Shown here piece after piece: positions 9,675 to 18,803 of a stretch of 64,000 bases of DNA (position 1 is the stretch's first letter; each line of letters begins with the position of its first letter). The position numbers and the translations under genes are program-made. This DNA comes from Clostridia bacterium (GTDB taxonomy: Bacteria; Bacillota; Clostridia; JAAYHZ01), in assembly GCA_050950825.1 (NCBI GenBank), contig JBMNIH010000002.1, forward strand, positions 520,210-584,209, in the 5' to 3' direction. The notes below the pieces were generated by a model. It ran no database searches. It was not told the origin of the DNA and saw only the letters and a list, made by a program, of their open reading frames with translations.

Positions 9675-11136
9675 GTTGTTATCCCAAACTCGTTTTCTTC
9701 TTTTATCGTATTATATCATACCGGGTAAAAGGTTTCTTTAACAATCCTTCCGATTTGATTTTACGAAACGTCTTTTAAAAACTTTAATCGAAAAAGTAAA
9801 GTCCACCCTTCGAAAGCTGCAGTTGATTTTACTTTTGCAAAAATATTAATAAAAATATTGTGGACTTTACTAATGCAAACGCAAATACAAAAAATTACTA
9901 GTAAAGAAAGCATGCATTTTTAGCTGATTCCTGAGACTATCATTACCTAAACAAATATAAAAGTAATACGGTGTTCGCCATGCTACGATATAAAAGACGA
10001 GGGACGTTGAGAAATTGGTCGCTTGCATCTCCCCTTCATCCCTCGGTATATGTTCAAAAGCATGGCGAAAAAAGAAAAGCATGGCACTGTGGAATAAATG
10101 GAAGGGACCCGGCTTTGCCGGGAAGGAGGCCGTTTATGCCGCAAAAGGCCATTGCTTGTCTTTTTAACCGGATGGACTTTTGTCATGATCTAAAACTAAA
10201 AACTAACAAAACATGTATTACTTACCGATATCAGTGCAATCATTAAAAAAGAACGATGTCTTTCAAAATGATTTTGAAAGGAGAACCATAATGATGTCAA
10301 CTCATTTGACGTTATCAGACAGGAAAGATATCGAAAACTTATTGAAGGAGGGAAAATCTTTTAAGGAAATCGGTAAAATACTCGGTAAAGATTGCACGAC
10401 AATATCCAAAGAAGTTCGTCGACATCGGGTAGAACGAAAGACAGGTGCTTTCGGCCAATCGTACAATGCATGTAAGTACAGGATCGGTTGTCATAAACGT
10501 TCGCTATGTAAAAAAAGCGGAGTTTGCGAAAAAGGGATCTGTAGCATATGCAGACTGTGCAATGACTTCTGTGATGCTTTCGTAGAACAGAAGTGTGATG
10601 CTCTCGAAAAACCGCCTTACGTATGTAACGGATGCTCGACAAAACGCAAGTGCTCATTGCAAAAAATGATATACGACGCTAAAGTTGCAGACAAAGAATA
10701 TGAATATACACGTTCGGAATCACGTTCCGGTGTGGCAATCGATGAAAAATCGTTGCAACAATTGGATACCGTGATATCACCTCTTCTGAAAAAAGGCCAG
10801 TCCATTCATCATATTTGCGTAAACAATGCCGATAAAATTATGTACAGCGAAAGGACGTTATACAATTACGTTGACTACGGCCTCTTCACGGCTCGTAATA
10901 TTGATATGCCCAGAAAAGTAAGATATCGATCTCGCAAAAAACCGGGCGTAACTCATAAAGTGGATCGCGAATGCCGAATAGGACGCACGTATGATGATTA
11001 CAAAAAAGTTATGGCAGATGTTATGCTCCTTTCGTCGTGGAAATGGATTCGGTGCTTGGTACAAACTATTTAGCCCCCTAATATAATTGGAGAAACCATA
11101 CGAATTTAGTAAAATGAATATAGGGGGTTAATCCAA

Positions 11137-11442
11137 ATGAAACACTATGATGATAAGTTCAAGGAACAAGTAATAAAAGAATGTCAAGAAGTGGGTAATA
11201 TTTCCCTTGTTGCTAGACGCCATGATATATCCAAAACTACTATATATGGTTGGATAAAAGCTTATAAGAAGAGAGGTTCAGTCACTCCACTTCCTAAAAA
11301 TAAAGACAATAGAGTAAAAGAATTAGAACATAGGCTTAATGTTGTAAGCACAGAAAATGATAGATTAAAAAAGCTTGTTGCAGAAAAAGAGTTAGAGCTG
11401 CTAATACTTAGAGAATTAAGGGATAGAGTAAACCCCAAGTAG
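11137..11442 (+). CDS. IS3-family transposase OrfA
   Basis: YDDKFKEQVI..VARRHDISKTTIYGWIK HTH followed by a leucine zipper (ENDRLKKLVAEKELEL). Confidence 0.9.
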   Translation: MKHYDDKFKEQVIKECQEVGNISLVARRHDISKTTIYGWIKAYKKRGSVTPLPKNKDNRVKELEHRLNVVSTENDRLKKLVAEKELELLILRELRDRVNPK

Positions 11443-12402
11443 CCGACAAGGTTGCAATTGCATTAAGGTGGATAAATAAAGGTTATGATATATCTTTAGT
11501 ACTTGGCTTTGTCGGCATTGCTGCATCCACCTATTATGAATACATAAAAAGGCAATCAAAATCTAATAGAAATCATAATATTGCAGCATCTAATAAAGAT
11601 AATGGAAGGCCTAGACCTGGTTATTCATATACAAAGACCGGTAGAAAAGTATCTGATGAACAAATAAAGGAGTGGTTATGCAATTTAATATCAGGAGATG
11701 GTTTTCCCTATGGTTACCGTAAACTAACAATATGTCTTAGAGAAGATTATGATCTAATTATCAATCATAAAAAAGTATATAGGCTGTGTAAAGAATTAGA
11801 TATACTAAGACCTCAAAGAAAAATAAAGGAAAAGAGTTCTAAGCATTTAGCTAAGAAAGAAACAATATCAGCTCCCAATGAGCTTTGGGAAATGGATGTA
11901 AAATACGGATATATAAGCGGAGAAGATAAATTCTTCTTTCAACTATCTCTAATAGATGTATTTGACAGAAGCATTATAGATTATCATATAGGCTTATCCT
12001 GTAAAGCTTCTGATGCTTGCAATGTATTGAGAAATAGTATAAGAAAGCGCAATATATATGGTGGTTTAAGGACACCTAAGATAAGGACAGACAATGGCCC
12101 TCAATTTGTATCTAAAGGAATTTGAAGAATTCTGCAACAGCAATAATATAGTTCATCAAAGGATACCAGTAAAAACTCCTAATATGAATGCACACATAGA
12201 ATCATTCCATTCAATATTGGAAGATGAATGTTACAGTCGCAATGAATGGAACAATTTTAAGGAGGCATACGAAACAATAACTGAATATATGAATTATTAT
12301 AATAATCGCAGAAGGCATGGAAGCATAAAATATATGGCTCCAAATAAATTCTATGAAGCAATTATGAGAAAGAATGTAAAAGCTAAAGCATTTGCTGCAT
12401 AA
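11430..12402 (+). pseudogene. IS3-family transposase OrfB (DDE), entered by -1 frameshift; extra +1 frameshift near 12115
   Basis: The -1 frame from AAACCCC reads KPQVADK..YGYRKL..NHKKVYRL..WEMDVKY..RTDNGPQF. NAHIESFHSILEDE..YYNNRRRHGSI continues in another frame. Confidence 0.85.
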
Positions 12403-13304
12403 TCTCCATAATTAGGGGGTCAAACCGCAAAAGGCGGTAAAGTGCTGATGACGTTGCATTTTGTTAAAACCGAATTTATGCTTGCATTTTTACGAGACTC
12501 GAACGATTCGCAATCGGTAATCGATGTTTTCGACAAACTGACAGAGCTTTTGGGTCTTGACACGTTTCGAAAACTGTTTCCCATACTTTTGGCTGACAAG
12601 GGCAGTGAATTTACGAACCCGAAAGCGATTGAATACTACCGAGTAACCGGAGAAGTTAGAACTAAGGTCTTTTATTGCGATTCGTATTCAGCTTATCAAA
12701 GGGCATCACAAGAAAAAAATCACGGGGAACTGAGGAAGATCTTACCGAAAGGAACAAGCTTCGATAATCTCGTGCAGGAAGATATTAATCTTGTAATGAA
12801 CCACATAAATTCTTACTCCGGATTATCTTTAAATGATAGAACTCCTCATGAAGTGTTTAAATTTATGTTTGGTGAAGAAGTAATAAAAAAATTGGGATCC
12901 AAACTCATTGAACCGAATAATATTTGTTTGAATCCCGATTTATTAAAGTATTAATAATTATCCGAAAGGCATCGTTCTGCCAATTATTACCTTTTAACCG
13001 TAGTGGATTTTACCTTTGCAAAAAAGTGAAGAAATCAACACGGTTTGTTTGCTATGCAAAAAAACAGGTAATAAATGAAGCATTCACTTGCTTTTTGCAG
13101 AAAAAATCCTTCCATAGTAACAATTCTTCCTTGTTAGAATAATTTTATCCCACCTTATGCAATAATTTTTTAGGATGGATGGAATTTAACCTTGCAAAGT
13201 GGACTTTACTTTTTCAATCAAGGCGTCTTTTAAAAATCGAAGGCTAAAAAAGGCAAATAATGTGATATAATCGAAGCATCACCAATGGAAAGAGGGTTTT
13301 CGTT

Positions 13305-14069
13305 ATGAAGATTCGGAATATCGGTTTGGAGTTGTATTCGGTAAGAGAAGATTTGGCGGAAGATTTGTACGGCACATTGGAAAAGGTAAAAGCCATCGGC
13401 TACAAGGGAGTTGAATTTTTCGGCGAGTACACGCATACCGCGGAAGTAATAGCCGACGCCTTGGATAAAACGGGGCTTGTTTGCTGCGGTTGGCACACCC
13501 CTTGGCACTACGTTCAAGAGGATAAACTGGAAGCAACCATAGCCTACAACAAAACCATCAATAACAAGTATATCGTAGTGCCCGGACTTCCCGGTGATCT
13601 GACAAAAAGCAAAGAAGGCTGGCTTACGGTAGCTAAAAAATTCAACGAGTTGGCCAAAACGTTAAAAGAGCACGGAATGATGATCGGCTACCACAACCAC
13701 CATGCGGAATTCATTCCTTTCCCGGACGGCACCGTGCCTTATTATCTGTTATTTGATAACACCGACAAGGAGGTTATCGTTCAATTGGACAACGGAAACG
13801 CATTAAAAGGAGACGGCAAAATTTACGATGTTCCTAAGCGTTATCCCGGCCGTATGACCACCGTTCATTTAAAACCCTATTCTTTTACGAACGGTTTTGA
13901 TACCATGATCGGTCAAGACGACATCGATCTTTTACAATTCGTATCCCTTTGCGAGGAATACGGAAAGACCGATTGGTACATCGTCGAGTACGAAAGCAAA
14001 AAGCTGTATGCGCCCATGGACGGTGTACGGCTCTGCTATGAAGCCATTGAAAAATTAGGATTGATCTGA
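13305..14069 (+). CDS. Sugar phosphate isomerase/epimerase (IolE/xylose-isomerase-like TIM barrel)
   Basis: IGLELYSVRE, GYKGVEF, GYHNHHAEF, QLDNG, VHLKP and IVEYE motifs. Confidence 0.85.
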   Translation: MKIRNIGLELYSVREDLAEDLYGTLEKVKAIGYKGVEFFGEYTHTAEVIADALDKTGLVCCGWHTPWHYVQEDKLEATIAYNKTINNKYIVVPGLPGDLTKSKEGWLTVAKKFNELAKTLKEHGMMIGYHNHHAEFIPFPDGTVPYYLLFDNTDKEVIVQLDNGNALKGDGKIYDVPKRYPGRMTTVHLKPYSFTNGFDTMIGQDDIDLLQFVSLCEEYGKTDWYIVEYESKKLYAPMDGVRLCYEAIEKLGLI

Positions 14070-14084
14070 TTCTTGCATCAAAAC

Positions 14085-14109
14085 AGGGAACGGAAGGGTT
14101 CCCTTTTTT
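14085..14109 (+). terminator. Intrinsic terminator
   Basis: AGGGAAC-ggaagg-GTTCCCT followed by a T-run, just after the stop at 14069. Confidence 0.75.
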
Positions 14110-14206
14110 GTTTGCCAAGCTTTTGTTGATCTTTGTTTTATTCGTATTCATTCGAATAGGAATGTGCTATAATTATTCTTAATTTTTACTTAAGGGGTAA
14201 TGGATT

Positions 14207-14959
14207 TTGAACGAAGTATTCAAAGGAACGGTGAATATATATAAAGGGTTTGAAATCGATACGGAGGATGTGCCGGATTCGGAAGACGCATTCGTAAAAA
14301 AGATGGAAAGCTCCATAGCCCGGTGGAAGGAAGAATGCATGGAAGTGGTTTGGCTTACCATTCCGGAGTCGAAAAGCCGGCTAATTCCTATCGCCTTATC
14401 TTACGGATTTAAATTTCATCATACACAAAAAGATACCCTGGTTCTCATTAAGAAAATGCACGAACATGCCTTTGTCGTCCCCTATGCTTCCCATTACATA
14501 GGCGTTGGCGGCGTTGTCATCGATGATAAGAACCGACTTTTGGTGGTGCGAGAGTTTTACAAAAACGGAACCTCCGTCCACTATAAGCTCCCGGGCGGAA
14601 CCTTGGAAGAGCACGAGCATATAGAAGCCGGTATTATTCGGGAGGTATTGGAGGAAACGGGAATCAAAACCGTATTTCAGTCCTTGGTCTGTTTTCGCCA
14701 TCGACACCGGTTTCGTTTCGATAAGTCGGATATATATATGATTTGTCTTTTAAAGCCGTTAAATCATGATATTGTCAGGGAGACGGAAGAAATTGCCGAA
14801 GCTTTATGGATGGATATTGACGAATATTTGTCGCACGAACATGTCCATGCATTGAATAAGGAAATTGTCCGTGCCGCATTGAGCGGGCATCATTTGTATA
14901 AAAAAGACGTGGAAGGATACCCGGTAGACAAAAACGAGTACGAGATCTTCTTGCCTTAA
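14207..14959 (+). CDS. NUDIX hydrolase with N-terminal pre-Nudix domain (NUDT6-like)
   Basis: Nudix box GGTLEEHEHIEAGIIREVLEETG; N-terminal VWLTIP..GFKFHH and YASHYIGVGG; FRHRH..FDKSDIY. TTG start. Confidence 0.85.
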   Translation: MNEVFKGTVNIYKGFEIDTEDVPDSEDAFVKKMESSIARWKEECMEVVWLTIPESKSRLIPIALSYGFKFHHTQKDTLVLIKKMHEHAFVVPYASHYIGVGGVVIDDKNRLLVVREFYKNGTSVHYKLPGGTLEEHEHIEAGIIREVLEETGIKTVFQSLVCFRHRHRFRFDKSDIYMICLLKPLNHDIVRETEEIAEALWMDIDEYLSHEHVHALNKEIVRAALSGHHLYKKDVEGYPVDKNEYEIFLP

Positions 14960-15200
14960 GCTTATAAAAAAAGTTGCACGGAGGGATCAAAAGCCATGCA
15001 ACTTTGTATACCGGTGCGAAGATCTCCTCGAAACACCGTATATTATGTTAACATTATATGACCTTTCGGAAGCAATGGTTCCCCCTATGCCTTAAAAAAT
15101 GTTTTTCATTTAAGAATCATGATAATAGTCCGACCGGGCTATACATATTACAAGAAGCTATCGACAAACGTGCATAACTTAAATACCAAGGGAGACGGCA

Positions 15201-15353
15201 ATGAATATGACGCATGACGAAAGGTTTGTTAGAAAAAGCAAAAAGCGGCAAATCATCTCCACGGTGATCAAGTACATTCTGCTGTTCACCTTGGTCGGTT
15301 GCATTGCCGCCGTTTCTTACATCATTTATTTCATTCGTCTTTTGATTTATTAA
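15201..15353 (+). CDS. Small (50 aa) single-pass membrane protein, not in the ORF track
   Basis: AAGGGAG RBS, then MNMTHDERFVRKSKKRQIISTVIKYILLFTLVGCIAAVSYIIYFIRLLIY*: basic N-terminus plus a hydrophobic helix. Confidence 0.6.
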   Translation: MNMTHDERFVRKSKKRQIISTVIKYILLFTLVGCIAAVSYIIYFIRLLIY

Positions 15354-15362
15354 TCGTGTCTA

Positions 15363-15800
15363 TTAACGCAATTCTTCCCTGTTCTTTTCAATGATACGAA
15401 TGGCTTGCTCCAGCGTATCTTGAATTTGAGCCAGCAGATTATCCGCGTATTCCCTCGCGCCGATACGAATTTCCCTCGCATTCTTCTGGGATTCCGCGAT
15501 GGTTTGGTTTGCTTGCTCGTAAGCCTTCTTGGTGATTTCGTGCTCGTTGATTAAGGCTTGTACCTTTCCTTCGGCCTCGCTTAGCATCTTTTGAGCCTGG
15601 GCCTTCGCTTCGTTTAAAATACGTTCCCTCTCCTCTTTCACCCATTTGGCTTGTTTAATATCGTCGGGTACTCTTTCCTTCAACTCCAAAATGTAATCCA
15701 GAACTTCGTCCCGGTCGATTAAACATTTTCCGGACAAGGGAACCGACGTGCTGTTGCTGACAATATCCTCAAGCGTATCTAAAATTTTTAAGATCTCCAC
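15363..15800 (-). CDS. Conserved coiled-coil protein typically found downstream of coaD
   Basis: LDTLEDIV..VPLSGK..IDRDEVL..PDDIKQAKWV..GAREYAD. GTG start at 15800 after AAAGGGGG. Confidence 0.75.
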   Translation of the reverse strand: MEILKILDTLEDIVSNSTSVPLSGKCLIDRDEVLDYILELKERVPDDIKQAKWVKEERERILNEAKAQAQKMLSEAEGKVQALINEHEITKKAYEQANQTIAESQKNAREIRIGAREYADNLLAQIQDTLEQAIRIIEKNREELR

Positions 15801-15861
15801 TTTGTTTCCCCCTTTATCTGCAATCAAAATCAATGATAAGATTTTACAGTTTGATCCTTTT

Positions 15862-16353
15862 TCACTTCATCATTTTTTTACGGCTTAACGCGATAATATC
15901 TTCACGGATACATTCCGGGACCAATCCGGTAATGTCCGCGTCGTTTCTTAAAAATTCTCTTACGGCTCCGGAGCTTATATAGCTGTATTCCGGAGAGGCC
16001 ATGAAAAACAGGGTTTCCACATCCGGGTTCAATTTTCGATTCAGCATGGCCATTTGGTACTCGTATTCAAAATCGCTGACGGCTCTTAAGCCCCGAACCA
16101 ATGCCGTCGCCTTCTTTATTCTTGCATACTCCGTTGTGAGCCCGGAATAGCTTTCAATTTCTATTTTTTCGTTTCCGTTGAATACTTTCTTTAAAAACGC
16201 GATTCTTTCCTCCAACGTAAAAAACGTATTTTTCAAAGAGTTTTCCCCTAAGGCTATGATCAACTTGTCGCAATGGTCCGCTGCTCTTGTAATAATATCC
16301 GCATGACCGCTTGTGACCGGGTCATAACTGCCGGGGCAAATGTAAATTTTCAT
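15862..16353 (-). CDS. coaD: Phosphopantetheine adenylyltransferase
   Basis: PGSYDPVTSGH, RGLRAVSDFEYE and ISSGAVRE motifs. Confidence 0.95.
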   Translation of the reverse strand: MKIYICPGSYDPVTSGHADIITRAADHCDKLIIALGENSLKNTFFTLEERIAFLKKVFNGNEKIEIESYSGLTTEYARIKKATALVRGLRAVSDFEYEYQMAMLNRKLNPDVETLFFMASPEYSYISSGAVREFLRNDADITGLVPECIREDIIALSRKKMMK

Positions 16354-16382
16354 AAAAGCTTTTTCCTTTCACGATATGAAAT

Positions 16383-16928
16383 TTACCCCTTAGCGTAAAA
16401 TACCGTTATTTTTGTACCCCCGTATAAGTATTCCCTGTATATTTGAAAATGATGATATCTGTCCTCAATGATGTCATCGGCGCTGCTTTCGCATACAATG
16501 ACTCCCTTTTCGTTTATTATATCATTTATATCCAACATTGATAACGATTTTTGTATAAAATTTTTGTCGTAGGGAGGATCCATAAAAACAAGGTCATACT
16601 TATCCTTGCAGGCATCTAAATAAGCAAAGACATCCTTTTGCACCACGGTACCTTTATTAAGAAGCTTTGTTTTTTCCAAATTGGTTTTTATCACGGAAAT
16701 GCTGTTACGGTCGTTGTCCACAAAAACACAGGAGAGCGCCCCGCGGCTCAAAGCTTCGATTCCCAGCGCTCCGGTTCCTGCAAACAAATCCAATACCTTA
16801 TCGACCAAAACGCGGGTAGATAATATGGAAAATATGGCCTCCTTGACCTTGTCGGTGGTAGGCCGGGTATGCATTCCTTTTACCGCTATTAATTTGGTTC
16901 CTTTTGCCGTACCGGTTATAACCCTCAT
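16383..16928 (-). CDS. rsmD: 16S rRNA m2G966 methyltransferase
   Basis: MRVITGTAKG, RPTTDKVKEAIF, LDLFAGTGALGIEALSRGA and DPPY motifs; adjacent to coaD. Confidence 0.95.
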   Translation of the reverse strand: MRVITGTAKGTKLIAVKGMHTRPTTDKVKEAIFSILSTRVLVDKVLDLFAGTGALGIEALSRGALSCVFVDNDRNSISVIKTNLEKTKLLNKGTVVQKDVFAYLDACKDKYDLVFMDPPYDKNFIQKSLSMLDINDIINEKGVIVCESSADDIIEDRYHHFQIYREYLYGGTKITVFYAKG

Positions 16929-16929
16929 G

Positions 16930-17430
16930 CTATATCCCCTTCAATTCGCCGGCGATTCGAAAGCCTAAAAAATCCGTTTGCCTGTAGGCCTCGTAAAGAA
17001 CAATGGCTACGGAGTTGCTCAGGTTCAAGGATCGAATATCGTTTATCATGGGAATTCGAATGCAGTGCTCGTAGTTTTCTCTTAGCAGGTCCTCCGGCAG
17101 CCCCTTCGTTTCCTTTCCGAAAACGAGAAACGCCCCGTCCTCATATCGAACTTGGTCGTACCGCAATGCGGCCTTCGTACTGGAAAAATAAAAAGGGTGA
17201 CTTCGATATTTTTCCCTTAATTCCCGAAAGCTATCATGGTAATGGATTTCCACTTCGTCCCAATAATCCAGCCCGGCTCTTTTTAAATGCTTGTCGCTTA
17301 TCTCAAAGCCCAAAGGCCTTACCAAATGCAAAACACTGCCGGTTGCGGCACAGGTCCGGACAATGTTTCCGGTATTCTGCGGTATTTCCGGTTCAACCAG
17401 CACCACATGAAATTGTACTCCTTTTATCAA
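16930..17430 (-). CDS. trmL: tRNA (cytidine/uridine-34 2'-O)-methyltransferase
   Basis: PEIPQNTGNI, LKRAGLDYW, FGKETKGLP and RSLNLSNSV motifs. TTG start after AAAGGAG is inferred. Confidence 0.9.
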   Translation of the reverse strand: MIKGVQFHVVLVEPEIPQNTGNIVRTCAATGSVLHLVRPLGFEISDKHLKRAGLDYWDEVEIHYHDSFRELREKYRSHPFYFSSTKAALRYDQVRYEDGAFLVFGKETKGLPEDLLRENYEHCIRIPMINDIRSLNLSNSVAIVLYEAYRQTDFLGFRIAGELKGI

Positions 17431-17444
17431 ATAGGATTCTCCTT

Positions 17445-18635
17445 TCAATTGTCGGTCGTTTTCCTGCCGTTCAGCCATTTGGCGGCTAACAGGCGCCGCT
17501 TAATGTCAATCGCTCCTTCAGGACACAGCTCTTGGCAGCAAAAGCATCGAATGCATCGGTTTAAATCCACCCGGGGAAGCTTGTCTTCCATTTGAATCAC
17601 CTGAGGCGGGCAGCTTTTTGAACATATCCCGCATCCGATACATTTATCCAAATGAAACCGAGGATAAGGCGTAAATATTTGAAAGGCTTTTCCGAAAAGA
17701 GAACGTTGGGTAAAGTCGATACGATGCAGCGTATCGTAAGGAGGCGTTTTGAAATCGTATACGATACGGGATTTCAAATCTTCTCCCACAACTTGGATCA
17801 GATCTACGCTGTCTTTACAGTATCCTCTTTTTACCCCTTCGGCTAAAACGGGTATCCATTCCGGATTTATATGAATCAGGGTGGCTGCCGCCAAATCCAA
17901 ATCGAACCCGTTGTCCGAAGCAAGCAAAAGTCCTAAATCCCGCGGCGTTCCGTTGGAGGGACCCATGCCTTCCATGGCGGTTACGGCATCCATTAAAACG
18001 AGCCCCGGTTTTACGCTTAAATAGATATCGATCAGCGTATTGGCAAAATCACGGTAATGGTGCATTCGCAAATGATATTCCGCTTTCTCGGTTCCGGGTA
18101 TGGCGCCGAACATGTTCTTTATCGCTCCCGTGTACAGCATCTGCCCGTGGGTTTTCAGCTTCGGCAGATCAATGATAAAGTCGGCATCGACTAAAGGCTT
18201 TAATACGGTAAGCTTTTTCAGATAAAGCCCTTCCGGATTTTCAATGTCGACAATCGAAGTATCGTAATTCAATTCGATTCCGGCTTCTTTGGCGATTTTT
18301 GTGATCCCGCAGCCGGAATATACGGCTTTTAACATTGCCGCCGAGTAAGGACCTCCCGGACTTTCCACGATTTTAGGATGTCCGCCCGCTTCTTTTACCA
18401 AAACGCCGACGGCGTACACAACTTCCGGGTGTACGGTAGCCGCCGAGTCGGGAGATTTTCTCGTCAACAGGTTCGGTTTTAAAGCGACATTCATACCGGG
18501 CTTGATATATTTTTTTATACCTCCGATAAGATCGAATGCTTTTCGGACCGCTTCCAAAACCCGTTCTCTGTCATAATTCTCACATTTAACGATGGATACG
18601 CTGCTCAATGTTTTCGTCCTCTCCTTTTCATTCAA
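17445..18635 (-). CDS. DUF362-domain protein with C-terminal 2x[4Fe-4S] ferredoxin
   Basis: LKPNL, THP-like TVHPEVV, PKLKTH..TGAIKNMFG, MEGMGPS; CIGCGICSKSCP and CIRCFCCQELCP. Confidence 0.88.
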   Translation of the reverse strand: MNEKERTKTLSSVSIVKCENYDRERVLEAVRKAFDLIGGIKKYIKPGMNVALKPNLLTRKSPDSAATVHPEVVYAVGVLVKEAGGHPKIVESPGGPYSAAMLKAVYSGCGITKIAKEAGIELNYDTSIVDIENPEGLYLKKLTVLKPLVDADFIIDLPKLKTHGQMLYTGAIKNMFGAIPGTEKAEYHLRMHHYRDFANTLIDIYLSVKPGLVLMDAVTAMEGMGPSNGTPRDLGLLLASDNGFDLDLAAATLIHINPEWIPVLAEGVKRGYCKDSVDLIQVVGEDLKSRIVYDFKTPPYDTLHRIDFTQRSLFGKAFQIFTPYPRFHLDKCIGCGICSKSCPPQVIQMEDKLPRVDLNRCIRCFCCQELCPEGAIDIKRRLLAAKWLNGRKTTDN

Positions 18636-18803
18636 ACGTTAATATTATAGCACAGGTGAAAAGAACGTGTCCATTTACGAAAAAAACCAAGGCAATGCAA
18701 AAACGTATCGTTTTTACGGAATGTGTTGTGTAGACAAAAAAGAAAGGACGCAAGGATTTCGTCCTCATAAGTCCTTTCCTTCATATGTTATTACGATATG
18801 TTA

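Larger units (their letters stand above)
11066..12427 (+). mobile_element. IS3-family insertion sequence nested in the IS30 transposase
   Basis: Imperfect inverted repeats CTATTTAGCCCCCTAAT and ATTAGGGGGTCAAACCG; candidate 4-bp duplication CAAA (11062-11065, 12428-12431); visibly more AT-rich than the flanks. Confidence 0.88.
10291..12954 (+). pseudogene. IS30-family transposase with Cys-rich insert, broken by a frameshift near 11020 and by the IS3 insertion
   Basis: N-terminal HTH (HLTLSDR..IGKILGKDCTTISKEVRR), Cys-rich region ending PPYVCNGC, and SERTLYNY. The DDE pieces EMDSVLGTKGGK / LADKGSEF / QEKNH rejoin once the IS3 is removed. Confidence 0.88.
9782..13223 (+). mobile_element. IS30-family insertion sequence (about 2.08 kb without the nested IS3)
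   Basis: Terminal inverted repeats CTTTAATCGAAAAAGTAAAGTCCAC (9782-9806) and GTGGACTTTACTTTTTCAATCAAGG (13199-13223). Flanked by a 13-bp direct repeat CGTCTTTTAAAAA (9769-9781 and 13224-13236). Confidence 0.88.

Noticed and set aside
9782-9880. CRISPR-like array from the recurring 20-bp motif
   Set aside because: Copies are degenerate, irregularly spaced and match the IS terminal repeats; no cas genes are present.
9870-10246. Passenger protein genes (67-91 aa ORFs) in the IS30 leader
   Set aside because: No clear RBS or protein motifs; the sequence is better explained as structured non-coding DNA, though coding cannot be excluded.
14965-15060. Two adjacent hairpins as a small RNA
   Set aside because: AAAGTTGCA/TGCAACTTT directly follows the Nudix stop and is adequately explained as a terminator; there is no further support.
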